Assembly (NCBI GenBank): GCA_963668175.1
Contig: OY764159.1
Span: 992,001 to 1,056,000 of the forward strand
Reading direction: 5' to 3'
DNA length: 64,000 nucleotides
Source of the DNA: Syntrophales bacterium
Lineage (GTDB): Bacteria; Desulfobacterota; Syntrophia; Syntrophales; PHBD01
In this document: piece after piece, positions 1 through 10,732 of the stretch
Layout: every line of letters starts with the position of its first letter
How positions within the stretch are numbered: position 1 is the stretch's first letter
The notes under the pieces: generated by a model
What the model was told of the DNA's origin: nothing
The model's database searches: none
The model's input: the letters and a program-made list of their open reading frames with translations, nothing else
Position numbers and translations under genes: made by a program

Positions 1-906
1 CTGGATCTTGCCTTCCCGGCTCAAGGCCCTCCTGGCGAAGATGTCCAGGATGACCTGCGTCCGGTCGATGACCTTAAGCTCGGTGAAATCCGTAATGGAT
101 CGTACCTGGGCAGGCGTCAATTCGCCGTCGAAGATCAGGAGATTGGCTCCGATCTGCATGGCGCTGATGACCAGAGAAGCCAATTTCCCTTTGCCCGCCA
201 TATACCGTGGGTCAATTTGTTTCCGGAACTGGATGACCGTATCGAAGACCGCGACGCCGCACGATGCGGCAAGCTCACTCAATTCCTGGAGGCCGCCCTG
301 GCTGTCGGCGCGCGGGTCGGTTTCTACGCGGACCAGGATTGCCCGGTCTGCGGCATCCACCCGGCGCACGGCCTGCTTTCGAGCGAATTCCCCTTCCAGG
401 GCCGATATGAACCCGGTAAAATGGAGATCGATTTCCGAGGGACGGGCAGGTTTTAGGAAAAGCCAGTACTTGCCTTCGGGATTCTCGGGAACGAGATGGG
501 CCGTATGGGCCATGCCCGGTTCGCCGTCGGGGCCGGTTTCGATGGCGCAGATCAGATCGAGTCGCAACAACGCCAGGTCGGTCAGGTCTTCATCGGTCAG
601 GAATTCGCCGTTCAAATGGGTATGAACGAGGCGGAGACCCTTGAAACGGCTTGACGATGAACGGTATCTCTCCAGATCGGGAATAAGAAGTCCTTGATGG
701 GTGCCCAGGATCACGTAAACGACTTCGCCCCGCCTGCTGATCAGGAGTCCGATCTGCCGGTTCAACTCATGGGACATCCCGGTGATCTGCCTGGCCAATT
801 CGTGTGTGACGATACGGTCCGGAGGGCACTTGCGGCGGTAGAGCAAACTGATTCTCTTAATCTGTTCGGACCCGAGACCGGTAATGTTCCCGTATATCTT
901 ATCGAT
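1..906 (-). CDS. hflX: GTPase HflX (long N-terminal form), 5' part; runs off the window start; probable non-canonical ATC start
   Basis: Not in the ORF track. Manual translation of the minus frame gives (I)DKIYGNITGL...RQIGLLISRRG...LRLVHTHL...KVIDRTQVILDIFARRALSREGKIQ, matching HflX motifs. GAGG lies 7 nt before the ATC at 906-904, and there is an in-frame TAA at 939-937. Confidence 0.9.
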   Translation of the reverse strand, partial: MDKIYGNITGLGSEQIKRISLLYRRKCPPDRIVTHELARQITGMSHELNRQIGLLISRRGEVVYVILGTHQGLLIPDLERYRSSSSRFKGLRLVHTHLNGEFLTDEDLTDLALLRLDLICAIETGPDGEPGMAHTAHLVPENPEGKYWLFLKPARPSEIDLHFTGFISALEGEFARKQAVRRVDAADRAILVRVETDPRADSQGGLQELSELAASCGVAVFDTVIQFRKQIDPRYMAGKGKLASLVISAMQIGANLLIFDGELTPAQVRSITDFTELKVIDRTQVILDIFARRALSREGKIQ

Positions 907-932
907 GGAAGAGCCTCGTTCTTGGGAGTCGC

Positions 933-1136
933 TTATTTAAATTTATGGGGGTTGACCCTCTTTTCCATACCATCCAGAAAGGACGACCAGGCATTGGTTC
1001 GGAAGGCCGTGGCCAGTTTCTTCGGTTTCCTTGCTCCGCATGAAGGGCATTCGAGGTCCGTGTAATCCTCGTCGACCTTCATGACACGTTCGTAGACCGC
1101 CTGGCACTTAACGCATTCAAATTCATAGATGGGCAT
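933..1136 (-). CDS. FmdB-family zinc-ribbon protein
   Basis: MPIYEFECxxC...CPxCG signature. Confidence 0.85.
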   Translation of the reverse strand: MPIYEFECVKCQAVYERVMKVDEDYTDLECPSCGARKPKKLATAFRTNAWSSFLDGMEKRVNPHKFK

Positions 1137-1207
1137 AGGTATCCCTCATGTGTTTTTTCAGCGGATTACCATGTTCGGGTCCGCAGGTCAAGGGCATCGT
1201 GGAACAG

Positions 1208-1241
1208 AAAAAACCCCGGAGGGATAACCCCCCGGGGTTTT
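1208..1241 (-). terminator. Intrinsic terminator after the porin gene (possibly bidirectional)
   Basis: AAAAAACCCCGGAGGGATAACCCCCCGGGGTTTT: GC stem with T-tracts on both strands. Confidence 0.75.
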
Positions 1242-1273
1242 GGTGCTTCAGGTTAACGAACCTTGAATCAAGC

Positions 1274-2809
1274 TTAGAAAGTGAGGGTCAGCTTGTGCAT
1301 GAAGACGTAGTCGTTCTCAAGCTTCGGCTCGTTGGCCGTCGTGTAGTAGCCCTTGTAGTAGTCGCCTACCCAGAAGTAACCGAAACCGACCATATACTGG
1401 AGGTTGTCGTAGATCTTGTAGACGGCGGTCAGGTCGAATTCCGTACCGTACTTGTTGGAGACGTATTCGGTCGTGGAGACGCCTGTGGCACCGATGACGC
1501 CCAGCGTAGCCGGGGTCTGCCAGGGCTTCTTGTCAGCATACATGTAGCTGATTTTTGCCGTGATGTCCCATTTCGGGGTGGGCTGCACGCCGAAATAGAG
1601 CTGATAGAACCAGACGTTGTCCATGAACTGGTTCGTGGCATTGCTGCCGCCCAGGGGGTTCGTACCGCCAAAGGTACCCATTGTGGTAGAAAGGGCACCC
1701 GTTACGCCGCCCGTGTAGGTCGCATGCTCATCGTTCTTGAAGATGAGCGTGGGGCTCCAGTTTTGGCCCAGCTGGAATCCTGTATTGCCAGCGATGGTGC
1801 CTTCAACCTTGTCCGGCGTGGAGGGATCGTCACCCGAGACCCAGGCGAACAAGAAACCGGCATAGAACATGCTGATGTCGGCACGGGCATGGAGATAGAG
1901 GCCCCAGGCGCGGACGTCGACATCGTTGTAGGTGTTGGATGCATTCTCGAGTTCATACAGCTTGCCGCCGCCGTAGAAGCCTTCCGCCTCGATGAAGAGG
2001 GGACCGAATTTACCCTTGAAGTAGGGGTCGATCAAGTAGAGTTTCATTTCCGTCGGGATAAGGTTAATTGCGCCGCCGGCGGTCTGGGATCTGTTGCCCG
2101 CATCGCGCATGTACTCGATCTGGGCGCCCACTTCGATGTTGCCCTGCTTGTAGATGGCGCCGATGTAGTATTCGTCTTTATCCAGGTCGGCATACGTACC
2201 GGCGGTAACCAGCGTACCGGCGGTTACTTCTCTTTCCTTCTGCCTGTCGTAAGCCAGGAAGGCCGTTACGGGGCCGATGGGCAGGAAGTATTTGATACCG
2301 GGTCTGGTGAAGCTGGTGTCGACGAACTGGGTACCGAAGGCGCCGAATTCCTGATAACCGACCAGGAAGCGGCCGATCGCCGTGTTAAAATCGACGTAGG
2401 CGCGTTCCCATTCGATATTTTCCTGCGTCCTTACAGTATTGTTCTGGCCGCCGTCCGCACGACGGTTCGTGACGTCGTAGGGAAGACCGGCTGTTGTCTG
2501 GGCCCACGACTGATCGCCCCATCTCTTTTCCAGGGCGTCGAAGCGCATGACCAGCTTCAACCCTTCCACCACGTTGACTTCCGGCTGGAAGCGCAGGCGC
2601 TGGAAGAAGACGGCCTTGGAAGCCGCGCCGCCGGCGTTGAGCAGGCCGCTGTTGTAAGTCGCGTTTTCCTTGTCAAGGTTTGATGCGTTTTGACGATAAA
2701 TGCCTTCCACATAGTACGATCCGCTGACTTTCAGATCGGCTGCCGCTACCGGCATTGCGAAGGCCATCAGCATTGCTGCAGATAGTAGAACTATCCAAAG
2801 CTTCTTCAT
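1274..2809 (-). CDS. Outer-membrane beta-barrel/porin-like protein, 511 aa
   Basis: Signal peptide MKKLWIVLLSAAMLMAFAMPVAA, alternating aromatic beta-strand pattern, C-terminal ...HKLTLTF (terminal Phe), AGGAGG SD. Confidence 0.75.
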   Translation of the reverse strand: MKKLWIVLLSAAMLMAFAMPVAAADLKVSGSYYVEGIYRQNASNLDKENATYNSGLLNAGGAASKAVFFQRLRFQPEVNVVEGLKLVMRFDALEKRWGDQSWAQTTAGLPYDVTNRRADGGQNNTVRTQENIEWERAYVDFNTAIGRFLVGYQEFGAFGTQFVDTSFTRPGIKYFLPIGPVTAFLAYDRQKEREVTAGTLVTAGTYADLDKDEYYIGAIYKQGNIEVGAQIEYMRDAGNRSQTAGGAINLIPTEMKLYLIDPYFKGKFGPLFIEAEGFYGGGKLYELENASNTYNDVDVRAWGLYLHARADISMFYAGFLFAWVSGDDPSTPDKVEGTIAGNTGFQLGQNWSPTLIFKNDEHATYTGGVTGALSTTMGTFGGTNPLGGSNATNQFMDNVWFYQLYFGVQPTPKWDITAKISYMYADKKPWQTPATLGVIGATGVSTTEYVSNKYGTEFDLTAVYKIYDNLQYMVGFGYFWVGDYYKGYYTTANEPKLENDYVFMHKLTLTF

Positions 2810-3000
2810 TTGTTTTCCTCCTGTTGTTGCATTAAGTTTCGTTTTTCCGGTCTTGCTCGGGCATTGCTATCAAGACCGTAAACCCTGTTGCGTGTTAGAA
2901 TCGTACGACCCGCGCCATCCCGCAACCCCAGCGGCTGCCCGGCCGGATCGCTCCCTGCAGTATCTGCCGGCATCACCTCCTTATGATAGAATCCCGAGGA

Positions 3001-3029
3001 AACCTACTATCCAAGGGCTTTTGTGTCAA
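3001..3029 (-). promoter_or_regulatory. Sigma70-type promoter for the porin gene
   Basis: Minus strand TTGACA-17 nt-TAGGTT. Confidence 0.55.
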
Positions 3030-3532
3030 GCCCTTTTTAACCCTCCGGGTAAAAAAAGCTTGATCATTATTGTGCAATGATCGTACCAGGCCATAGTATT
3101 CAAAGCTTGTTCGGGTGGAATGCCGCAACCTTATCGAGAAAAAGCAAGAGATATCAACATGAAAGGACGGTGTCCCGATCGTCGCGCCGCCGATGCCGTT
3201 TCCCGCTTCCATTCTCGTCTGGATACAGGTCGACAATCAAGTGTTGCAAAAAACACACACAGGTCTTCGCAGATGAGTTTTTTTGCCGCGGCAATACTTC
3301 TCCGTTCCGTTTCCGGCCCGAATGAAGAACAAACGGTCTGAAACCGGGCGTTCTTTCAAGATTTGAATCAAGCAGCGCAGGGGTCTTGTCCGGAAGCGGG
3401 GAAGGATGTTTCCTGACGGTGTTTGATGGGGCGCCGTATGGACGGGACGCCGTTTTGGTCCCCCGCCGAAAGCCAAAATATTTCTTGACAGCAAAGGAAT
3501 ATTGATATATCGCAGGGCGCGAATTTATAGTA

Positions 3533-3564
3533 TGACCCATGGTCACGCAATGACTCGCAGTCAT
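3533..3564. promoter_or_regulatory. Two tandem palindromes, candidate operator upstream of acs
   Basis: TGACC-CAT-GGTCA (3533-3545) and ATGACT-CGC-AGTCAT (3550-3564), downstream of a TTGACA at 3485-3490. Confidence 0.5.
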
Positions 3565-3852
3565 AATTGTGCTGGCGAGCCTGTATCAGATCAAGTCCTT
3601 GAATTTAATCTGTTATTTGTTCCTCTTCAGCGTTTCTTCCCGGCCATCATGGAGGGAAATGCAGAAACCAAATGATCAAGCGTTATCACCAGAGGACGAG
3701 ATACGACGTTCCCATCATCATTTGTCCCGGTTCAATCACGCGGTGGTGTGCTTCCGGGGACATTGACATACGGCTGGTAACTCTCAGGAGAGGCAAGGTT
3801 CGATCAAGCGCAATAAACTTTATCAAATTATAAAGGGAGGTAAAGAAAGCAC

Positions 3853-5820
<1,968 letters not shown>

Positions 5821-5857
5821 GTTTTGCAGTTCGGAAGGAATATGAAGGAATGATTTG

Positions 5858-5890
5858 CCCCCGTTCCACGGTAATACCGTGGAACGGGGG
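5858..5890. other. Perfect inverted repeat (16-nt arms) between acs and etfB, no U-tract
   Basis: CCCCCGTTCCACGGTA-A-TACCGTGGAACGGGGG. Confidence 0.6.
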
Positions 5891-6035
5891 TGATCATGGG
5901 GCAGGCGACATCGACAGCGGCATTGCCGGAAATGAGGGATGCATCAAGCCCCGCTTTTTTAATGACGACATTACAACGCTGGTTGGCTAGCGGTCTTCAA
6001 GGACCGGAAAACGTCATCCAGGGAAGGAGGAAGAA

Positions 6036-6809
6036 GTGAATATAGTTGCATGTGTAAAGCAGGTTCCGGATACGGAAGCTCAGATCAAAGTGAAGGGCGA
6101 TGCGTCGGGTATCGAAGAGGGCGGCATCAAGTGGGTTATGAACCCCTACGATGAGTTCGGCGTTGAAGAAGCCCTGAAACTGAAAGAAAAGTTCGGCGGT
6201 GAAGTGACCATCGTGTCCGTAGGCCCGGCCCGTGTGATGGAGACCATCAGGACGGCGTTGGCCATGGGTGCGGACAAGGGCATTCACGTCAGCGATGCGG
6301 CCCTCGACAATGCGGATGCCTTCACGACGGCGTCGGCACTGGCGGCGGTCATCAAGGGTTTGCCCTATGAAATCGTCTTCTGCGGCCAGAGGGCCATTGA
6401 CGACGACTCCGGCCAGGTCGGTTCCATTCTGGCGGAGCTGTTGGGTGTGCCCCAGGTAACGTTTGCCACCAAGCTGGACATCGACGGAAAGGCCGCCAAA
6501 GCGGTTCGGCCGATCGAAGGCGCCCAGATGGTGATTGAAACATCTTTGCCTTGCGTTATTACGGCGACCAAGGGTCTCAATGAACCGCGCTATGCGTCAC
6601 TGCCCGGCATCATGAAGGCCAAGAAGAAGCCCGTCGATGTGAAAGACGGGGCGGCAATAGGAGTTGCAGCCGCTGAGAAAGCTAAGGTTGTTAAATTTAC
6701 ACCTCCTCCGGCCAGGCCTCCTGGAAAGATTATCTGCGCCGATGATACCCCCGAAGGGAAGGCTGCAGAATTGGCCAAGCTGCTCAGGGAAGAAGCGAAG
6801 GTAATTTAA
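6036..6809 (+). CDS. etfB: Electron transfer flavoprotein beta subunit
   Basis: CVKQVPD, MNPYDE, GQRAIDDDSGQVG, NEPRYASLPGIMKAKKK. Confidence 0.95.
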   Translation: MNIVACVKQVPDTEAQIKVKGDASGIEEGGIKWVMNPYDEFGVEEALKLKEKFGGEVTIVSVGPARVMETIRTALAMGADKGIHVSDAALDNADAFTTASALAAVIKGLPYEIVFCGQRAIDDDSGQVGSILAELLGVPQVTFATKLDIDGKAAKAVRPIEGAQMVIETSLPCVITATKGLNEPRYASLPGIMKAKKKPVDVKDGAAIGVAAAEKAKVVKFTPPPARPPGKIICADDTPEGKAAELAKLLREEAKVI

Positions 6810-6837
6810 CACACAATCATGATGGAGGAATATAACA

Positions 6838-7809
6838 ATGGCAAAAGGTGTATGGATAGTAGCAGAACAAAGGGACGGTGCCTTACGAAAGGTATCGTTT
6901 GAACTCGCGAGCACGGCCAGAAAGCTTGCCGATCAGCTCGGCGAAGAAGTATGCGCCGTTCTCTGCGGATCCGGTATTGAAGGGAAGGCCGCAGAGCTTG
7001 GAAAATACGGTGTCGATAAAGTATTCGTAGCGGATGGTCCCGCTTTTGAACCCTACACGACGGATGCGTATGCCGCGGCAGTGGCGAAGGTCGTCAAAGA
7101 GAACGATCCCTCGATCCTTCTTCTTGCGGCATCGTTCCTGGGAAAAGATCTTTCCTCCCGCCTGGTCGGAAAACTGGCGACGGGAATGGCTACCGACTGC
7201 ACGGACGTAAAGATTGCCGATGGCAAGCTGGTTGCCGTTCGTCCCATGTATGCCGGCAAGTGCTTCGGCGAAATCGTCGTATCCGGGTCGCCGCAGATGG
7301 CCTCGCTGCGTCCGAACGTTTTCACGATCGTCGAGAATGCGAAGGCCGGTGCCGTGACGAAGTTTGACGCCGGTCTGGGCGAATTGAAGACGAAGGTCCT
7401 CGAAGTGCAGAAAGAGGCTTCGGGCAAGATCGATGTGTCGGAAGCGAATATTATCGTTTCCGGCGGGCGCGGCATGAAGGGTCCGGAAGGTTACGGGATA
7501 CTGGAAGAACTGGCTGGCGTGCTCGGCGCGGCGGTCGGTGCATCCAGAGCCGCCGTGGATGCGGGCTGGAGGCCCCAAGCCGACCAAGTCGGCCAGACGG
7601 GTAAGGTCGTTTCCCCGAATCTCTACATTGCCTGCGGTATTTCCGGTGCTATTCAGCATCTGGCAGGCATGAGCTCTTCAAAATATATCGTGGCGATCAA
7701 CAAAGACGCTGAAGCCCCGATTTTCCAGAAAGCCGATTACGGCGTCGTGGACGACCTCTTCAAGGTCGTTCCCGAACTGACCAAAGAATGCAAGAAGCTT
7801 CTTGCATAA
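6838..7809 (+). CDS. etfA: Electron transfer flavoprotein alpha subunit
   Basis: VSGGRG, GASRAAVDAGW, QVGQTGK, GISGAIQHLAGM. Confidence 0.96.
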   Translation: MAKGVWIVAEQRDGALRKVSFELASTARKLADQLGEEVCAVLCGSGIEGKAAELGKYGVDKVFVADGPAFEPYTTDAYAAAVAKVVKENDPSILLLAASFLGKDLSSRLVGKLATGMATDCTDVKIADGKLVAVRPMYAGKCFGEIVVSGSPQMASLRPNVFTIVENAKAGAVTKFDAGLGELKTKVLEVQKEASGKIDVSEANIIVSGGRGMKGPEGYGILEELAGVLGAAVGASRAAVDAGWRPQADQVGQTGKVVSPNLYIACGISGAIQHLAGMSSSKYIVAINKDAEAPIFQKADYGVVDDLFKVVPELTKECKKLLA

Positions 7810-7821
7810 ACAACGAAACAT

Positions 7822-7857
7822 GACCGGGGACGGGCAGCCGCCGTCCCCGGTTGTTTT
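7822..7857 (+). terminator. Intrinsic terminator/attenuator between etfA and the oxidoreductase gene
   Basis: GACCGGGGACGG-GCAGCCG-CCGTCCCCGGTT followed by GTTTT. Confidence 0.6.
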
Positions 7858-7974
7858 GTGGGCTCTTTGAACCCCATTTAAGCGACACAAACACGTGCAG
7901 GCGGGGCGGTTGGCCTCGTGTCCGGAGAAAGCACGAGGTATGACTGTTCTCGATAAGAGATATTTGGAGGAAAT

Positions 7975-10230
7975 ATGGAACACGTACTGGGAATCGGAAA
8001 TGAAGGAAGGCTGGTCTTCTGGAATGCCGACAAATTCGAGCTGCTCCTGTTTGTCTTTACCGGAGTGGCTATGGCGATCTTCGCCTATGGTCTTTACCGG
8101 CGCTGGCTGATGTGGACGGCGATCGGAAAGCCGGAAATCAGATGGGACAATGTAAAGGAACGGATTGGGATACTCGTACGCAACGGGCTGCTGCAGGTCA
8201 AGACGTTTGAGGACCCGTACCCGGGTGTAATGCACGGATTGATCTTCTTCGGATTTTTTGTCCTTATATTTGGTGCAGCATTCGATGCGACGGAGTTTCA
8301 CGTCACCGAACCCCTGGGCTTTGCGTTCCTCAGAGGAAAGTTCTACCTGGTTTTTTCTTTCCTCATGGATCTCTTCGGCTTCTTCGTACTGGCCGGCGTG
8401 ATCATGGCTCTTTACCGGCGTTATGTAACCAAGCCCGAGCGTTTGGGATACAAGGGCGAACCCGACAACACGACCGACGACGCCGTCGCCCTGTTGCTCA
8501 TTCTCGGCATCATCGTCACCGGCTTTATCGTGGAGGCTTTGAGGATTCACGCCACGATGGCGGACTGGGAGGGGGAATACCACGCCGCCGCCGGGCATCT
8601 TTTTAATGTATTCAGTTCGCAGCCGAAATGGGAAGTGTGGTCTTTCGTAGGCTGGAACATCGCCAAGGCTTTTGCCGGCGTTAATGTGGATACGGCCAAG
8701 GCGTTACATAAAACACTGTGGTGGGTGCATACGTTTTTTGCGCTGGGATTTATCGCATATATCCCTTATTCAAGACTCCTGCATATCTTCACGACGTCGG
8801 CCAATCATTTCATGGTGTCCCTCAAACCGACGGGAACCGTTGAGCCGATCCGCGATTTCGAGAATGCCGAGTCTTTCGGTGTGGGACAGCTTCAGGAATT
8901 CACCTGGAAACAGATCTTCGACGCCGATGCCTGCACCCGTTGCGGGCGTTGCCAGGACGGTTGCCCGGCTTATTTGACCGGCAAACCGCTGTCTCCGAAG
9001 AAAGTCGTCCAGGATATCAAAAAATACTGGCTGGAAATGGCACCTGTCGCTGTTGCGGCCAAGAAGGCGGAAGCCGGCGAGCCGAAGAACGCGCTTCTGA
9101 AATTCCTCGGCCAGGTTGACGAGGTTGTCGATGCCAATCTTAAGAAAACCAAGGGTGTGACGGAAGGTGACGCCACGGCCGAAAGGGCGCTTGTGGGCGA
9201 GGTCGTCAATCTGGACGAACTGTGGGCCTGTACGAACTGCATGTACTGTATGGAAAACTGTTCTTCTTCCATCGAGCACGTTCCCAAGATCATCAACATG
9301 AGACAGTACAAGGTTCTAACCGAGGCGGATTTCGCCCCGGAACTGCAGTTGGCTTACAGGAACATGGAAAACAACTCCAACCCCTGGGGCGTCGGCGCGC
9401 ATCTGCGGGCCGATTGGGCCAAGGAGCTAGGTGTCAAGACGCTAGCGGAAGATCCCAATGTCGAGTATCTGTTCTACGTCGGGTGTGCCGGATCCTTTGA
9501 CGACCGCGGCAAAAAAGTGACCGTTGCCTTTGCCAAGATCCTGCAGGCAGCGGGTGTCAGCTTCGGCATCCTCGGGACGGAAGAGAGCTGCTGCGGCGAC
9601 TCGGCCATGAGGGGCGGCAACGAATATCTATACCAGACGCTGGCCCAGATGAACATCGAAGCCATGAACGGTTACGGCGTCAAGAAAATTATTGCCACCT
9701 GTCCGCATGGCTACAATGCCCTGAAGAAGGATTACCCCCATTTTGGCGGTAATTTCGAAGTCTATCACCATACGGAGATCATCGCCGACCTGATCGCGAA
9801 GGGAAAAATCTCTCTGAAGAAACCTTTGCCGGGCGTCGTTACGTATCACGATTCCTGCTTCCTCGGCCGCTACAACCAGGTTTACGATCAGCCGAGAAGG
9901 ATCCTCAGTGCCGTTCCCGGCCTGAAACTGACGGAGATGGAAAGAAACCTGGCCAAGAGTTTCTGCTGCGGCGCCGGCGGTGCCAGGATGTGGATGGAGG
10001 AGCATGGGACCAAGATCAACGATACGCGGGCCAAGCAGGCCATCGACGTCAATGCCGATACCATTGCGGTTGGATGTCCGTTCTGCCTGACCATGATGAG
10101 CGACGGTCTCAAGACCCACAGTATGGAAGAGAAGATGAATTCCCTCGATATCGCTGAAATTGTCTGGAAGTCCATGGGACTCGAAGAAGAGAAGCCGGCA
10201 CCGGAAGTCTGTGCGGCACCGGCCGAGTGA
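7975..10230 (+). CDS. Membrane-bound heme-b/FeS oxidoreductase (NarI-like TM domain + 2x[4Fe-4S] + two CCG domains; DUF224/HdrD-type), probable ETF:(methyl)menaquinone oxidoreductase
   Basis: N-terminal TM helices with His residues; CTRCGRCQDGCP; CTNCMYCMENC; two CCG motifs; adjacent to etfBA. Confidence 0.85.
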   Translation: MEHVLGIGNEGRLVFWNADKFELLLFVFTGVAMAIFAYGLYRRWLMWTAIGKPEIRWDNVKERIGILVRNGLLQVKTFEDPYPGVMHGLIFFGFFVLIFGAAFDATEFHVTEPLGFAFLRGKFYLVFSFLMDLFGFFVLAGVIMALYRRYVTKPERLGYKGEPDNTTDDAVALLLILGIIVTGFIVEALRIHATMADWEGEYHAAAGHLFNVFSSQPKWEVWSFVGWNIAKAFAGVNVDTAKALHKTLWWVHTFFALGFIAYIPYSRLLHIFTTSANHFMVSLKPTGTVEPIRDFENAESFGVGQLQEFTWKQIFDADACTRCGRCQDGCPAYLTGKPLSPKKVVQDIKKYWLEMAPVAVAAKKAEAGEPKNALLKFLGQVDEVVDANLKKTKGVTEGDATAERALVGEVVNLDELWACTNCMYCMENCSSSIEHVPKIINMRQYKVLTEADFAPELQLAYRNMENNSNPWGVGAHLRADWAKELGVKTLAEDPNVEYLFYVGCAGSFDDRGKKVTVAFAKILQAAGVSFGILGTEESCCGDSAMRGGNEYLYQTLAQMNIEAMNGYGVKKIIATCPHGYNALKKDYPHFGGNFEVYHHTEIIADLIAKGKISLKKPLPGVVTYHDSCFLGRYNQVYDQPRRILSAVPGLKLTEMERNLAKSFCCGAGGARMWMEEHGTKINDTRAKQAIDVNADTIAVGCPFCLTMMSDGLKTHSMEEKMNSLDIAEIVWKSMGLEEEKPAPEVCAAPAE

Positions 10231-10328
10231 TTCATGATCTTTAAAACGGTATGCCTCCGAAGGGCGCTGCCCGTCCCTGCAAAGGGCCACAGGCGTTGAC
10301 CGTGGAGAACTAAGCCGGCGAAAAATTG

Positions 10329-10362
10329 AAGCCCCCTTCTGTTGACAGAAGGGGGCTTTTTT
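10329..10362 (+). terminator. Intrinsic terminator of the etf/oxidoreductase unit
   Basis: AAGCCCCCTTCTG-TTGA-CAGAAGGGGGCTT then TTTT. Confidence 0.85.
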
Positions 10363-10370
10363 GCTATCAT
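10342..10370 (+). promoter_or_regulatory. Sigma70 promoter overlapping the terminator, probably for fadD
   Basis: TTGACA-17 nt-TATCAT, with TG at the extended -10 position. Confidence 0.65.
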
Positions 10371-10732
10371 ATTCTCAGAAACACCGCACAATGGAACCAT
10401 CTGCACTCATCCCCGGAAACGACGGTTTTCGGGGCCGAGCAACGCTAAGTCTACCTTAACAGGTTCTCACCAGGTCCAGGAGATTGTCTCTTGCAAAGCG
10501 GTTACTGCGAAACTCTGGACACGTACACGATTACCTGCCTCAAATATTGCGCTTTTTTTATCCGGATTTTTATCCCTGGGATCTTTTCTTTTTACGCATT
10601 CGAGCGGGGTGGAGAAGATAAACTGGGTGAAATTGGGAGTTCGGTCCGCCATGACGAATGCGTGGAAGCGGTTTTTGGTAACGAATAGGCCGAAAGCTTA
10701 ATTTTACAAGAAAGCAAGGAGGAGAGGGGACC

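Noticed and set aside
2853..3766. Short ORFs in the porin-acs intergenic region
   Set aside because: They overlap each other, have no SD or protein-like composition, and the region reads as regulatory DNA.
10228..10260. Selenocysteine readthrough at the TGA ending the oxidoreductase (also checked for the QueG-like gene)
   Set aside because: Both proteins are complete before the TGA and the stop is not at a Cys-motif position. In the oxidoreductase an in-frame TAA follows four codons later.
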